NCBI GenBank assembly: GCA_045540015.1
Contig: JAZQGP010000014.1
Coordinates: forward strand, 2,850-66,849
DNA: 64,000 nt
From: Eubacteriales bacterium
Lineage (GTDB): Bacteria; Bacillota; Clostridia; Oscillospirales; CAG-382
Direction of reading: 5' to 3'
Shown here: in pieces, positions 25,993-34,084 of the stretch
Layout of the letters: every line of letters begins with the position of its first letter
Position numbering within the stretch: the stretch's first letter is position 1
Notes under the pieces: generated by a model
What the model was told of the DNA's origin: nothing
The model's input: the letters and a program-made list of their open reading frames with translations, nothing else
Databases searched by the model: none
Program-made: the position numbers and the translations under genes

Positions 25993-26485
25993 CCGCTTTC
26001 TTGAAAGAAAGCTTGGCAAAGAACTTTTCATTGGTGAAATTGACGTTTGAACAACATCACGCTTTTTGAAAAAAGCTTAGCAAAAACTTTTAAACGGTGA
26101 AATTGACGTTTGAACAACATCAATTTCAGAATTGCTCAATCAGTGCAGCTTTGCCATCTTACAAGTAATCGCCGTAAGCTATGGAAGCCGGGCTGAAAGA
26201 CCAAACAGGTTTAAGATGAGGAATAAACTTTTAAAAAAAGTAAGATAGAAAGGCGTCGGCGACAAGGGAAGAATACATAAGGAAACCGTAGGTGTCCTTA
26301 TGGGTGCTCTTTTGCCTACTTATCTGCACAAGCAGAAAAGTAGGGCCTCCACGGCAGTGGAAAGCTACAAATTTGGTTTATGCCCACCTCGGCGATAGCC
26401 GACCATTATCAATAGAAAGAGTAACGCCCCACGGCAGTGGAAAACTGCAAATACAGTTTATGACTTCCTGCCGTCAGGCAGAATG
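25993..26485 (+). repeat. Composite dispersed repeat (post-stop palindrome, 2x module A, modules C, D, E), forward copy
   Basis: Palindrome at 25995-26012. Hairpins at 26276-26302, 26315-26345, 26348-26361, 26389-26402, 26429-26440 and 26468-26481. 26050-26183 is the exact reverse complement of 34302-34435. Confidence 0.9.
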
Positions 26486-26545
26486 AGAAATCAAATTTTT
26501 GTATATTAAAGAATGGAATGTGACATGAAAGTTGTTTAAACTTTT

Positions 26546-27382
26546 ATGTCACCAATCAAAAATATGAAGCAGAGAATTTTGACGGGAATAGCTCTTGTTC
26601 TCGCTATGATTTGCGTGTTCCTGCTTTCGGGAACATGGGTTTACATTGCCTTTTGCAGCCTGCTGTCGGTTTTTGGCACATGGGAAATGCTGGGCTGTGT
26701 AGGCAAACTCAAAACAAGAATACTTTCAGTTCCGGCGCTGATAATTTCGGCGGCGTGTCCTCTTTGCGCTCATTTTGTCGGAATGCAGTCGCTTCCTGTG
26801 ATGCTTTCTGGACTGCTGTTTTATATGCTTGTTGTTTCCGTGTTCACGGCAGACAGCATTGATACGCAGTCAGTTTCAACGGCGTTTACGACTACGGCGT
26901 ATGTTATAATCTGCTTTACATGTCTTCTTCAGCTTCGCTATATTGCGGACGCAGACGGAAATACAGTGGGACAGTATTTTTACCTGCTTGTATTTGTTGC
27001 GGCATGGATAACGGACACGTTTGCGTATTTTACGGGTGTTTTCTTCGGAAAGCACAAGCTGATACCTCGTGTCAGTCCAAAAAAGACTGTTGAGGGTGCT
27101 GTCGGCGGAATTGTTTTCTGTGTTATTGCGTTTCTTGTATATGCAAAGGTTCTCACAAGTGTATCGGATATACAAGTGAATTACGTTGCTTTTGCAATTT
27201 TCGGACTGTGCCTTTCGGTGCTTTCGCAGATTGGCGATTTGCTTGCATCTGCCATAAAACGCAGCTACGGTATAAAGGACTACGGAAAGCTTTTTCCCGG
27301 CCACGGCGGTGTGCTTGACAGGTTTGACAGTATTATGGTGCTGTGTCCGGTGCTGTATATTTGTATTGGAATTCTAATATGA
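26546..27382 (+). CDS. cdsA: Phosphatidate cytidylyltransferase
   Basis: Signature SAIKRSYGIKDYGKLFPGHGGVLDRFDS in a polytopic protein. The start may instead be the M at 26564. Confidence 0.9.
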   Translation: MSPIKNMKQRILTGIALVLAMICVFLLSGTWVYIAFCSLLSVFGTWEMLGCVGKLKTRILSVPALIISAACPLCAHFVGMQSLPVMLSGLLFYMLVVSVFTADSIDTQSVSTAFTTTAYVIICFTCLLQLRYIADADGNTVGQYFYLLVFVAAWITDTFAYFTGVFFGKHKLIPRVSPKKTVEGAVGGIVFCVIAFLVYAKVLTSVSDIQVNYVAFAIFGLCLSVLSQIGDLLASAIKRSYGIKDYGKLFPGHGGVLDRFDSIMVLCPVLYICIGILI

Positions 27383-27391
27383 CAAATGTGC

Positions 27392-27420
27392 GACCGGCGC
27401 TTCTTTGGCGTCGGTCTTTA
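27392..27420 (+). terminator. Hairpin / weak terminator between cdsA and ispE
   Basis: GACCGGCGC-loop-GCGTCGGTC (9 bp including one G-T) followed by TTTAATATTT. Confidence 0.45.
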
Positions 27421-27449
27421 ATATTTATCGGATTAAAGGAGATATCAGC

Positions 27450-28313
27450 TTGAAGATCACGGCTTTTGCAAAAATAAATCTGACGCTTGAAATCCTCGGA
27501 ACAAAACGTGCTGACGGGTTTCACGATTTGCTGTCAGTTATGCACAAAATTCCTGTCGGGGATGAGGTTTCTCTTGAATTGACAAATACCGGTGAGCTTG
27601 AGTTTTCGTGCTCGGAAAAAGTATGCGCAAACGAGGATAACCTTGCATACAAGGCGTTTGTGCTCTACAGAGAAAAGGCTGTTGAAAAGGGACATGAAAG
27701 CTTTGGCGCAAAAATCCATATAGAAAAAGTAATGCCGACGGGAGCCGGTCTTGCAGGAGGAAGTGCGGACGGTGCAGCGGTGCTTGATATGCTGCAGGAA
27801 AGCCTTGGAGTTTTCACAAAAGATGAGCTTCATTCGATTGCAGCGTCTCTCGGAAGCGATGTGCCGTTTTGTCTTAAACGTCATACCGCTTGTCTTTGCT
27901 CGGGACGCGGCGAGGTGATGACGGACATAGCCTCTCTTTCTGGAGTTTTCTGCCTTGTTGCAAAGCCGAACGAAAACCTGTCGACAAAGGGCATATATAA
28001 GCTGTATGACGAAATGCATGGTGACGACTATTCGAAAAATGCGTCATTACTTATGAAAGATGCTCTGTCTGAGAGGGATGTGAAAAAGGCTTCACAGCTT
28101 CTTGTAAATGATTTTGAAGAAATATGTGTAGCAAGGCTTCCCGAAATAGAAACACTTCGCAAAGAACTGCTTTTACACGGAGCAATGGGAGCACGTATGT
28201 CGGGAAGCGGTTCGGCGGTATTCGGACTTTTTGACAGTGAAAAGGATATGCAAAAATGCAGGGCTGTGCTTAAAGATAGAGGCTTATTCTTCAGAGGGTT
28301 TGAATATATTTAA
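27450..28313 (+). CDS. ispE: 4-diphosphocytidyl-2-C-methyl-D-erythritol kinase
   Basis: AFAKINLTLEIL at the N-terminus and the GHMP motif PTGAGLAGGSADGAAVL. TTG start at 27450 with AAAGGAG 8 nt upstream is preferred over the track TTG at 27405. Confidence 0.9.
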   Translation: MKITAFAKINLTLEILGTKRADGFHDLLSVMHKIPVGDEVSLELTNTGELEFSCSEKVCANEDNLAYKAFVLYREKAVEKGHESFGAKIHIEKVMPTGAGLAGGSADGAAVLDMLQESLGVFTKDELHSIAASLGSDVPFCLKRHTACLCSGRGEVMTDIASLSGVFCLVAKPNENLSTKGIYKLYDEMHGDDYSKNASLLMKDALSERDVKKASQLLVNDFEEICVARLPEIETLRKELLLHGAMGARMSGSGSAVFGLFDSEKDMQKCRAVLKDRGLFFRGFEYI

Positions 28314-28376
28314 GAGTTAAAACAACTGAATAACAAATAAATTTACGGCAAAACTCTTGTTATGGGAGGAATTGCC

Positions 28377-29036
28377 ATGAATAACATAAAGCTTAAAAAA
28401 TTGTTTCGCGAAGGTGCGGTGTACCTTTGTTTCCTGGTACTTATAACAGCAGCGTTTTTGTCGGCGTTTACGGTTAAAGGCGAGCTTTGTGCAGAAAACA
28501 TTTCCCAAAGGCTTATACGGCTTCATGTTATAGCGTCGTCCGACAGCGACAGCGACCAGAACCTTAAGCGAAAGGTTCGTGATGCGCTTATAATTGAGAG
28601 CGCAGCTTTGTTTGACGGATGCGAGAATATTTTCGATGCAGAGAAAATATGCCGTGAAAACAAATTGCTTCTTGAAAAGGCGGCAAGAAAGGTTGTAGAG
28701 CAGGAAGGCTTTGATTATACGGTGAGTACCAAGTTTGATTACGAACTTTATCCTGTAAGACGTTATGAGGAGTTTACACTTCCGGCGGGAGAATATCTGT
28801 CGCTAAGGGTTATTATCGGAGAAGGAAAAGGAAAAAACTGGTGGTGCGTGCTGTATCCGCCGCTTTGCACGTCTTATGCTTCAAGAACCGTTTCGACAGA
28901 TAAAAAGTGCTTGTCGGAATACGGCTTTTCGGACAACGAAATCGCAATTCTTGAAGATGGCGAGCCTGACAAAAGCGGAAAAATTGTGTTAAAATCGTAT
29001 TTGTTTGATATGCTTTTTAAAAATAGTAGAAAATGA
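28377..29036 (+). CDS. spoIIR: Stage II sporulation protein R
   Basis: LIRLHVIASSDSDSDQNLKRKVRDAL and NWWCVLYPPLC motifs. GGGAGGA lies 7 nt upstream of ATG 28377. Confidence 0.9.
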   Translation: MNNIKLKKLFREGAVYLCFLVLITAAFLSAFTVKGELCAENISQRLIRLHVIASSDSDSDQNLKRKVRDALIIESAALFDGCENIFDAEKICRENKLLLEKAARKVVEQEGFDYTVSTKFDYELYPVRRYEEFTLPAGEYLSLRVIIGEGKGKNWWCVLYPPLCTSYASRTVSTDKKCLSEYGFSDNEIAILEDGEPDKSGKIVLKSYLFDMLFKNSRK

Positions 29037-29045
29037 GGTGCTTTT

Positions 29046-30167
29046 ATGACATCGTGCGGTATCATATGTGAATACAACCCGTTTCATACGGGTCATGCCT
29101 TTCAGCTTGAACAAGTGAAAAGACGTTTTGATGCCGCGGTGTGTGTTATGAGCGGAGATTTTGTTCAAAGAGGCGAGTGCGCATTTTCGGACAAAGAAAA
29201 GCGTGCACAGAATGCTGTTAAAAACGGTGCGGACGTTGTGCTTGAGTTGCCGTTTCCGTTTTCAAGCATGAGTGCGGAAGGCTTTGCAAGGGCAGGCATT
29301 GAAATCCTTTCAAAAAGCGGACTTTGCTCTTCTTTTGCTTTTGGCTCGGAATGTGCGGATATTGAGCTTTTGTGCAGAGTTTCTCAGATAATCTCTGAAA
29401 AAGCTTTTGATAAAAATGTAAGAAACGAAATGTCTTTTGACCCATCGCTTAGCTACGCAAGGGCGAGAAGTAAATTTGTCAGAGAGCAGTTTGGAGAAAA
29501 ATTTGCCTGTGTTCTTGAAAATCCAAACGACATTCTTGCCGTGGAATACATAAGAGCAAACCTTGCTTTGTCAAAACCGATGACGCCTATAGCAATAAAG
29601 CGCAGTACTCCGAGATTGTCTAAGGATGACAAATTTGCATCAAGCTCGTATATAAGAAAAAATATAAAAGACGCAAAGCTCAATGAAGTGAGTGCATACC
29701 TGCCGTACGAAACGGACTTTTGCGATTATTTCACAGATGACAACGGCTTTTACGAGTTTTTAAAGCTTTGCCTGTCGATGAAAACTCCTGACGAACTAAA
29801 GGGTATTGCTGAGGTGTCGGGCGGAGTTCATCATGCGATAGTAAAAAACGCAGTGAGCACCGAGAGCTATGACGCACTTTCGGAGGCTCTTTCAAACAAA
29901 GGAACAACTGACGCCAAGGCAAGAAGAATGTTGCTTTTCAGCCTTTTCGGTGTTGATAAAAAGTATCTTAAAGAAAGTGTCGCATTTACAAGGGTTCTTG
30001 CAATGAATGAAACAGGGCAAAAGTTACTTTCCGAAACACGCAAAAACAGAAACATAATAATCGCCGGAAAAGCAGCTCATGTAAAAGCAAATGAAAACGC
30101 ACGCAGACAGTACGACCTTGCAGAAAAAGCAAGACGAGTGCTCTACTTGTGCAGAAATAGTTTTTAA
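29046..30167 (+). CDS. tmcAL: tRNA(Met) cytidine acetate ligase (UPF0348 / YlbM family nucleotidyltransferase)
   Basis: GIICEYNPFHTGHAFQLEQ N-terminal signature; length 373 aa. Confidence 0.85.
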   Translation: MTSCGIICEYNPFHTGHAFQLEQVKRRFDAAVCVMSGDFVQRGECAFSDKEKRAQNAVKNGADVVLELPFPFSSMSAEGFARAGIEILSKSGLCSSFAFGSECADIELLCRVSQIISEKAFDKNVRNEMSFDPSLSYARARSKFVREQFGEKFACVLENPNDILAVEYIRANLALSKPMTPIAIKRSTPRLSKDDKFASSSYIRKNIKDAKLNEVSAYLPYETDFCDYFTDDNGFYEFLKLCLSMKTPDELKGIAEVSGGVHHAIVKNAVSTESYDALSEALSNKGTTDAKARRMLLFSLFGVDKKYLKESVAFTRVLAMNETGQKLLSETRKNRNIIIAGKAAHVKANENARRQYDLAEKARRVLYLCRNSF

Positions 30168-30184
30168 TCAAAGGAGGACTGACC

Positions 30185-31177
30185 ATGCCGAAATCGCCCA
30201 TGCAGAAATCAAAGCTTCTATACATAATGAAATATCTTGAAACACATTCGGATGAGGAGCATACGGTAACGGTTGAGGACATTGTGTCGTACCTTGATTC
30301 TAAGAGTATTAAGGCGGAGAGAAAAAGCCTGTATGATGATTTTGAACAGCTAAAGCTGTTTGGAGCAGATATTCTTTCTGTGAGAAAAAACAGGACTGTC
30401 GGCTATTATCTTGCTTCGCGTACCTTTGAGGTTTCGGAATTGAAACTTCTTGTTGATGCGGTTCAAGGCTCAAGGTTTATAACGCAGAAAAAGTCGGCAG
30501 AGCTTATAAAAAAGCTGGGTTCTCTCTGCAGTACATATGAAAATGCGGCGCTCTCCCGTCAGGTGCTTCTCAGCAACAGAATCAAGTCAATGAACGAGAG
30601 TATTTACTACAATGTTGACAAAATACATAATGCAATAAACAACGACAAAGCGATAACGTTTCATTATTTTGAATACAACCGCAAGAAAGAACGTGTTCTT
30701 AGACACGACGGAAAGCTGTACAGCGTAAGCCCGTTTGCACTCAACTGGGATGACGAAAACTATTATCTGATAGGATTTGACAACAACATAGAAAAAATCC
30801 GTCATTACCGCGTGGACAAAATGATAGACATTACGGTGACACGAAACATCCGCCAAGGAAAAGAGGTTTTCAGAGAGCTTGACGTTGAAAAATACGCAGG
30901 AAAAGTGTTTTCGATGTTTGGCGGGCAGCAGGTGCGAGTGTGCATGGAGTTTGACGAGAGCCTTTGCGGTGCGGTTATTGACAGATTTGGCAAGGACGTG
31001 CTTATGCGTGACAGCGAAAATGAGGGCAAATTCTATGTTCACAGCGATATTGTTGTAAGTGACCATTTCTTTGGTTGGCTGTTCTCGTTCGGGGATAAGG
31101 CAAGGGTTGTGACACCCGAAAATGTTGTGGTGCAGTTCAGGGAGTATGCAGAAAAAGTTCTGGGGTTGTATAGTTAA
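30185..31177 (+). CDS. WYL-domain transcriptional regulator (wHTH-WYL-WCX; BrxR/CapW/PafBC-like layout)
   Basis: N-terminal wHTH (KLLYIMKYLETHSDEEHTVTVEDIVSYL), a central WYL-type block (ITFHYFEYN...YSVSPFALNWDDENYYLIGFD...IRHYRVDKM), and a C-terminal extension. Confidence 0.8.
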   Translation: MPKSPMQKSKLLYIMKYLETHSDEEHTVTVEDIVSYLDSKSIKAERKSLYDDFEQLKLFGADILSVRKNRTVGYYLASRTFEVSELKLLVDAVQGSRFITQKKSAELIKKLGSLCSTYENAALSRQVLLSNRIKSMNESIYYNVDKIHNAINNDKAITFHYFEYNRKKERVLRHDGKLYSVSPFALNWDDENYYLIGFDNNIEKIRHYRVDKMIDITVTRNIRQGKEVFRELDVEKYAGKVFSMFGGQQVRVCMEFDESLCGAVIDRFGKDVLMRDSENEGKFYVHSDIVVSDHFFGWLFSFGDKARVVTPENVVVQFREYAEKVLGLYS

Positions 31178-31192
31178 CCCAATCACATATGT

Positions 31193-31221
31193 TTGACATT
31201 TTCAACTAAAAATGTTATAAT
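31193..31221 (+). promoter_or_regulatory. Consensus sigma-A promoter with an embedded inverted repeat, driving the nuclease-like gene
   Basis: TTGACA (31193-31198), a 17-nt spacer, extended -10 TGtTATAAT (31213-21). The 7-bp inverted repeat ACATTTT / AAAATGT (31196-31202 and 31209-31215) occupies the spacer. Confidence 0.6.
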
Positions 31222-31242
31222 TTTATAAAGGAGTGGTATATA

Positions 31243-32781
31243 ATGGATTTTTTAAAATTTGTAGAACAAATACCCAACATTTCTATTGCCAAAAGAGTAG
31301 CTTCTGCATATGTTGCCGACTATAGGCGTTTAGAGCTTGGAGAAATTATTGAGTTTTTGAAAAAAACCGCCCAACAGTATACCTCCTACGAAAATATATC
31401 TAATAGATTAGAAGAAATAAAGCTTGATTCAAATAGGGCGGTACGTATCATTGCTCCGATTCTCTTGCGTGATTATCTGTTGAACCAGGATGATTTTATT
31501 TCTCCAACAAAAGACACCGATACTGCAATCCTCAATTACGAGAAAAGCATTATAGATGAATCTAATAACTTCGAAATATCAAAAATGTCAAAAGATTTTG
31601 CCTTGTTTAAACACATGCTTGATGCAGCGTGGGCACATAATGACGACATATCTGTAGATGAAAAGAATTTGTTAGAAACATTAAGAAAATATCTATCCAT
31701 ATCCATAAAAGAATTCCATATGCTGGATGCAAAATCCGGAAGATTTCCTATGCTCGGAAATGCGCTTCATACATACGATGACATTGAGGACACACGAAAG
31801 ATTCTTCAAACAAAAGGCTTGATTGTTTCAATAAGGAATTCTGATGGTGTTATGTGTGATATGATACCTGATGATATAGCAAAATGTATTCGTCAGTACT
31901 ATAATATTGAAATTCGTTCATATGGATATGAAAAATTGACTGATTATGTTATTAAAAAGACTAAAAAACAATATCTTATAGATATTATTGAAAAGGCAAA
32001 CCAATATTTGGAAAAGGCTAAAATTGAAATATCAAACAATCCCACAATAAGTGAACTAAAAGAAGTTATATTGAAATCTATTCAGCCTTCCAACCTTATT
32101 GGTGGTTTCTCTCCTCGAGATGGGTTAGATGTAACGATGCTTACAAATTGGTGTTCGGACATTGGACTTAGTGTTTCTGGTAATAAAAGTTCTTTAATTG
32201 AAAGAATTCTTGAATACTACGACTCAATGCGAAAAATTGAAATAAAAACCGAAGATGAAAGAGAAAAACTTCTTGCTTTTTATAATCAGCTTGCAAACAG
32301 AGATTTGAAAAATTTAAGGGCAAATAATGTAATAGAAAAAGATTTGCAGTGCGAGCATTTGTTTGAAGATGCAACAAATTATATTTTTGAAAAATTATTG
32401 CTCAATAAACCTTTAACACTAACCGGATCAGAACATCCGGACGGCAAATTGTCTTTCAAAGATAAATATATCATGTGGGACAACAAGTCAAAAGAAACAG
32501 CAGTCAACCTTAAAGACCATATCAATCAATTTGAACGTTATATAAAAACATCCGACAAAGATGTTGCTGTGTTCATGGTTATTGCTCCTGATTTTACTCA
32601 ACAAAGTATTCAGGAATGTGTCGATTTCGCTTTGAATAATGACACACAAATTCTCTTAATTACAGCAGAAGAATTGAAAACGGTTGCCGAAACATGGTCA
32701 AAGAATCATCCTGGTGAAATCTTCAATTTGGGCTATTTCAAACAGAATGGCAGATTTGACATTAAGCTATTAAACTTATAA
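31243..32781 (+). CDS. Orphan multidomain protein: unknown N-terminal region + SAP-like motif + C-terminal FokI-type PD-D/ExK nuclease-like domain
   Basis: 512 aa, with AAAGGAG RBS. SAP-like LTNWCSDIGLSVSGNKSSLIERILEYY. C-terminal blocks FEDATNYIFEKL, HPDGKLSF, IMWDNKSK, NQFERYI, VFMVIAPDF and ILLITAEEL parallel the FokI cleavage domain as remembered. Noticeably AT-rich compared with its neighbours. Confidence 0.55.
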   Translation: MDFLKFVEQIPNISIAKRVASAYVADYRRLELGEIIEFLKKTAQQYTSYENISNRLEEIKLDSNRAVRIIAPILLRDYLLNQDDFISPTKDTDTAILNYEKSIIDESNNFEISKMSKDFALFKHMLDAAWAHNDDISVDEKNLLETLRKYLSISIKEFHMLDAKSGRFPMLGNALHTYDDIEDTRKILQTKGLIVSIRNSDGVMCDMIPDDIAKCIRQYYNIEIRSYGYEKLTDYVIKKTKKQYLIDIIEKANQYLEKAKIEISNNPTISELKEVILKSIQPSNLIGGFSPRDGLDVTMLTNWCSDIGLSVSGNKSSLIERILEYYDSMRKIEIKTEDEREKLLAFYNQLANRDLKNLRANNVIEKDLQCEHLFEDATNYIFEKLLLNKPLTLTGSEHPDGKLSFKDKYIMWDNKSKETAVNLKDHINQFERYIKTSDKDVAVFMVIAPDFTQQSIQECVDFALNNDTQILLITAEELKTVAETWSKNHPGEIFNLGYFKQNGRFDIKLLNL

Positions 32782-32806
32782 AATCTAAAAAAATTTCAAA
32801 AAACCC

Positions 32807-32835
32807 TTGACAAAGCGGACAATGCGTGATATAAT
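32807..32835 (+). promoter_or_regulatory. Consensus sigma-A promoter of the rplJL operon
   Basis: TTGACA (32807-32812), a 17-nt spacer, extended -10 TGaTATAAT (32827-35). Confidence 0.7.
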
Positions 32836-32841
32836 CCGTGT

Positions 32842-33012
32842 GTTGACCTGAGAAAACAGGTGGTGAGGCTCTCACTCTAACGGATTTTAAATGCAAAGTC
32901 CGCCTGTCGAGGAAGATGTAATTAAAAGAATATAATTTGATTTGTATTCTCCCGTACATTGTCCTTTTTCTATGGTCGAAAAGGGCATTTTTTATTTTGG
33001 GAGGTGAAACAT
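32842..33012 (+). promoter_or_regulatory. Ribosomal protein L10 leader (autoregulatory 5' UTR with terminator-like hairpin)
   Basis: A ~170-nt untranslated leader lies between the promoter and rplJ. It ends in a CCTTTT...AAAAGG hairpin followed by a T-run (about 32960-32995). The position and layout match the Firmicute L10 leader, but the consensus was not verified. Confidence 0.55.
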
Positions 33013-33534
33013 ATGCCAAGCGCAAAGATTCTTGAACAGAAGGAAAAACTCGTTAATGATCTTGCAGAAAAGATGAAGGCCGCAAAGAGCGGTGTTATCG
33101 TTGACTACTGCGGCATCACTGTTGATAAGGACACTGCTCTCAGAGCTGAACTCCGTAAGGCAGGCGTTGAGTACACCGTTATCAAGAATACCTACATCAA
33201 GAGAGCGGCTGAAATCGCAGGTATCGAAGGATTCGATCCTTACCTCGAAGGCATGACCGCATTCGCACTCAGCAATGAGGATCCGCTTGCACCCGCGAAG
33301 GTTCTCTGCAAGTTTGCAGAAGAAAACGATACCTTCAAGGTTAAGGTAGGTATGATGGACGGCCAGGTTATGGAAGCTGCTGAAGTTGAAGCTCTTTCCA
33401 AGATTCCTTCAAAGGAAGTTCTTATCGGAAAGATTCTCGGAAGCATTCAGGGTCCTCTCTACGGACTTGCTTACGTACTCCAGGCAAAGATCGACAAAGA
33501 CGGCGGCGTAGCAGAAGAAGCTGCTGCAGAATAA
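33013..33534 (+). CDS. rplJ: 50S ribosomal protein L10
   Basis: MPSAKILEQKEKLVNDLAEKMKAAKSGVIVDYCGITV...; GGGAGGTG RBS. Confidence 0.95.
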   Translation: MPSAKILEQKEKLVNDLAEKMKAAKSGVIVDYCGITVDKDTALRAELRKAGVEYTVIKNTYIKRAAEIAGIEGFDPYLEGMTAFALSNEDPLAPAKVLCKFAEENDTFKVKVGMMDGQVMEAAEVEALSKIPSKEVLIGKILGSIQGPLYGLAYVLQAKIDKDGGVAEEAAAE

Positions 33535-33608
33535 GCCAAAGCAGGGCGGCTTAATAAAAAATCCCTGTAATAAAAAATTAAATTTAAAATCATCGGAGGT
33601 AATTTAAA

Positions 33609-33989
33609 ATGGCTACAGAAAAGTCTCTCCAGATTCTTGAAGAAATCAAGGGTCTCACAATACTTGAACTCGCAGATCTCGTAAAGGCACTCGAAGAAGA
33701 ATTCGGCGTATCCGCAGCTCCCGTTGCAGTTGCAGGTGCAGCAGCTCCCGCAGCAGGCGGCGCAGCAGCTGAAGAAAAGACAGAATTTGACGTTGTTCTC
33801 ACAGATGCAGGTGCATCCAAGCTCAACGTTATCAAGGTTGTTCGTGAAATCACAGGTCTCGGCCTTAAGGAAGCTAAGGAACTCGTTGAGTCCACTCCTA
33901 AGACTCTCAAGGAAGGCGCATCCAAGGAAGAAGCTGACAAGCTTAAGGAACAGCTCACCGCTGCAGGCGCAACTGTTGAAGTTAAGTAA
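33609..33989 (+). CDS. rplL: 50S ribosomal protein L7/L12
   Basis: Alanine-rich hinge and C-terminal [24 protein letters not shown]...KEQL...GA.VE.K. Confidence 0.95.
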   Translation: MATEKSLQILEEIKGLTILELADLVKALEEEFGVSAAPVAVAGAAAPAAGGAAAEEKTEFDVVLTDAGASKLNVIKVVREITGLGLKEAKELVESTPKTLKEGASKEEADKLKEQLTAAGATVEVK

Positions 33990-34020
33990 TTTAGCTTGCA
34001 TAAATAAAAAATGCTTTTTT

Positions 34021-34049
34021 AAACCGCAGTCGAAAGGCTGCGGTTTTTG
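34021..34049 (+). terminator. Rho-independent terminator after rplL
   Basis: AAACCGCAG-TCGAAAGG-CTGCGGTTT followed by TTGC. Confidence 0.8.
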
Positions 34050-34084
34050 CTATGTTATCCACTGACGTGAAGACAGTTTACATC

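Noticed and set aside
30587-31186. 199-aa minus-strand ORF inside the WYL regulator gene
   Set aside because: It is antisense to a gene with clear wHTH and WYL motifs, and it has an odd composition (rich in V/F/H/N) and no RBS.
31243-32781. Classical type IIS restriction-modification system
   Set aside because: No DNA methyltransferase gene is adjacent. The only methyltransferase in the window (3732-4289) is 27 kb away and belongs to the YtqB/MnmM RNA-methylase family. The gene is therefore treated as an orphan nuclease-like effector.
33471-34001. 176-aa and 122-aa minus-strand ORFs across rplL
   Set aside because: They are antisense shadows of the alanine-rich rplL coding sequence. rplL identity is unambiguous.
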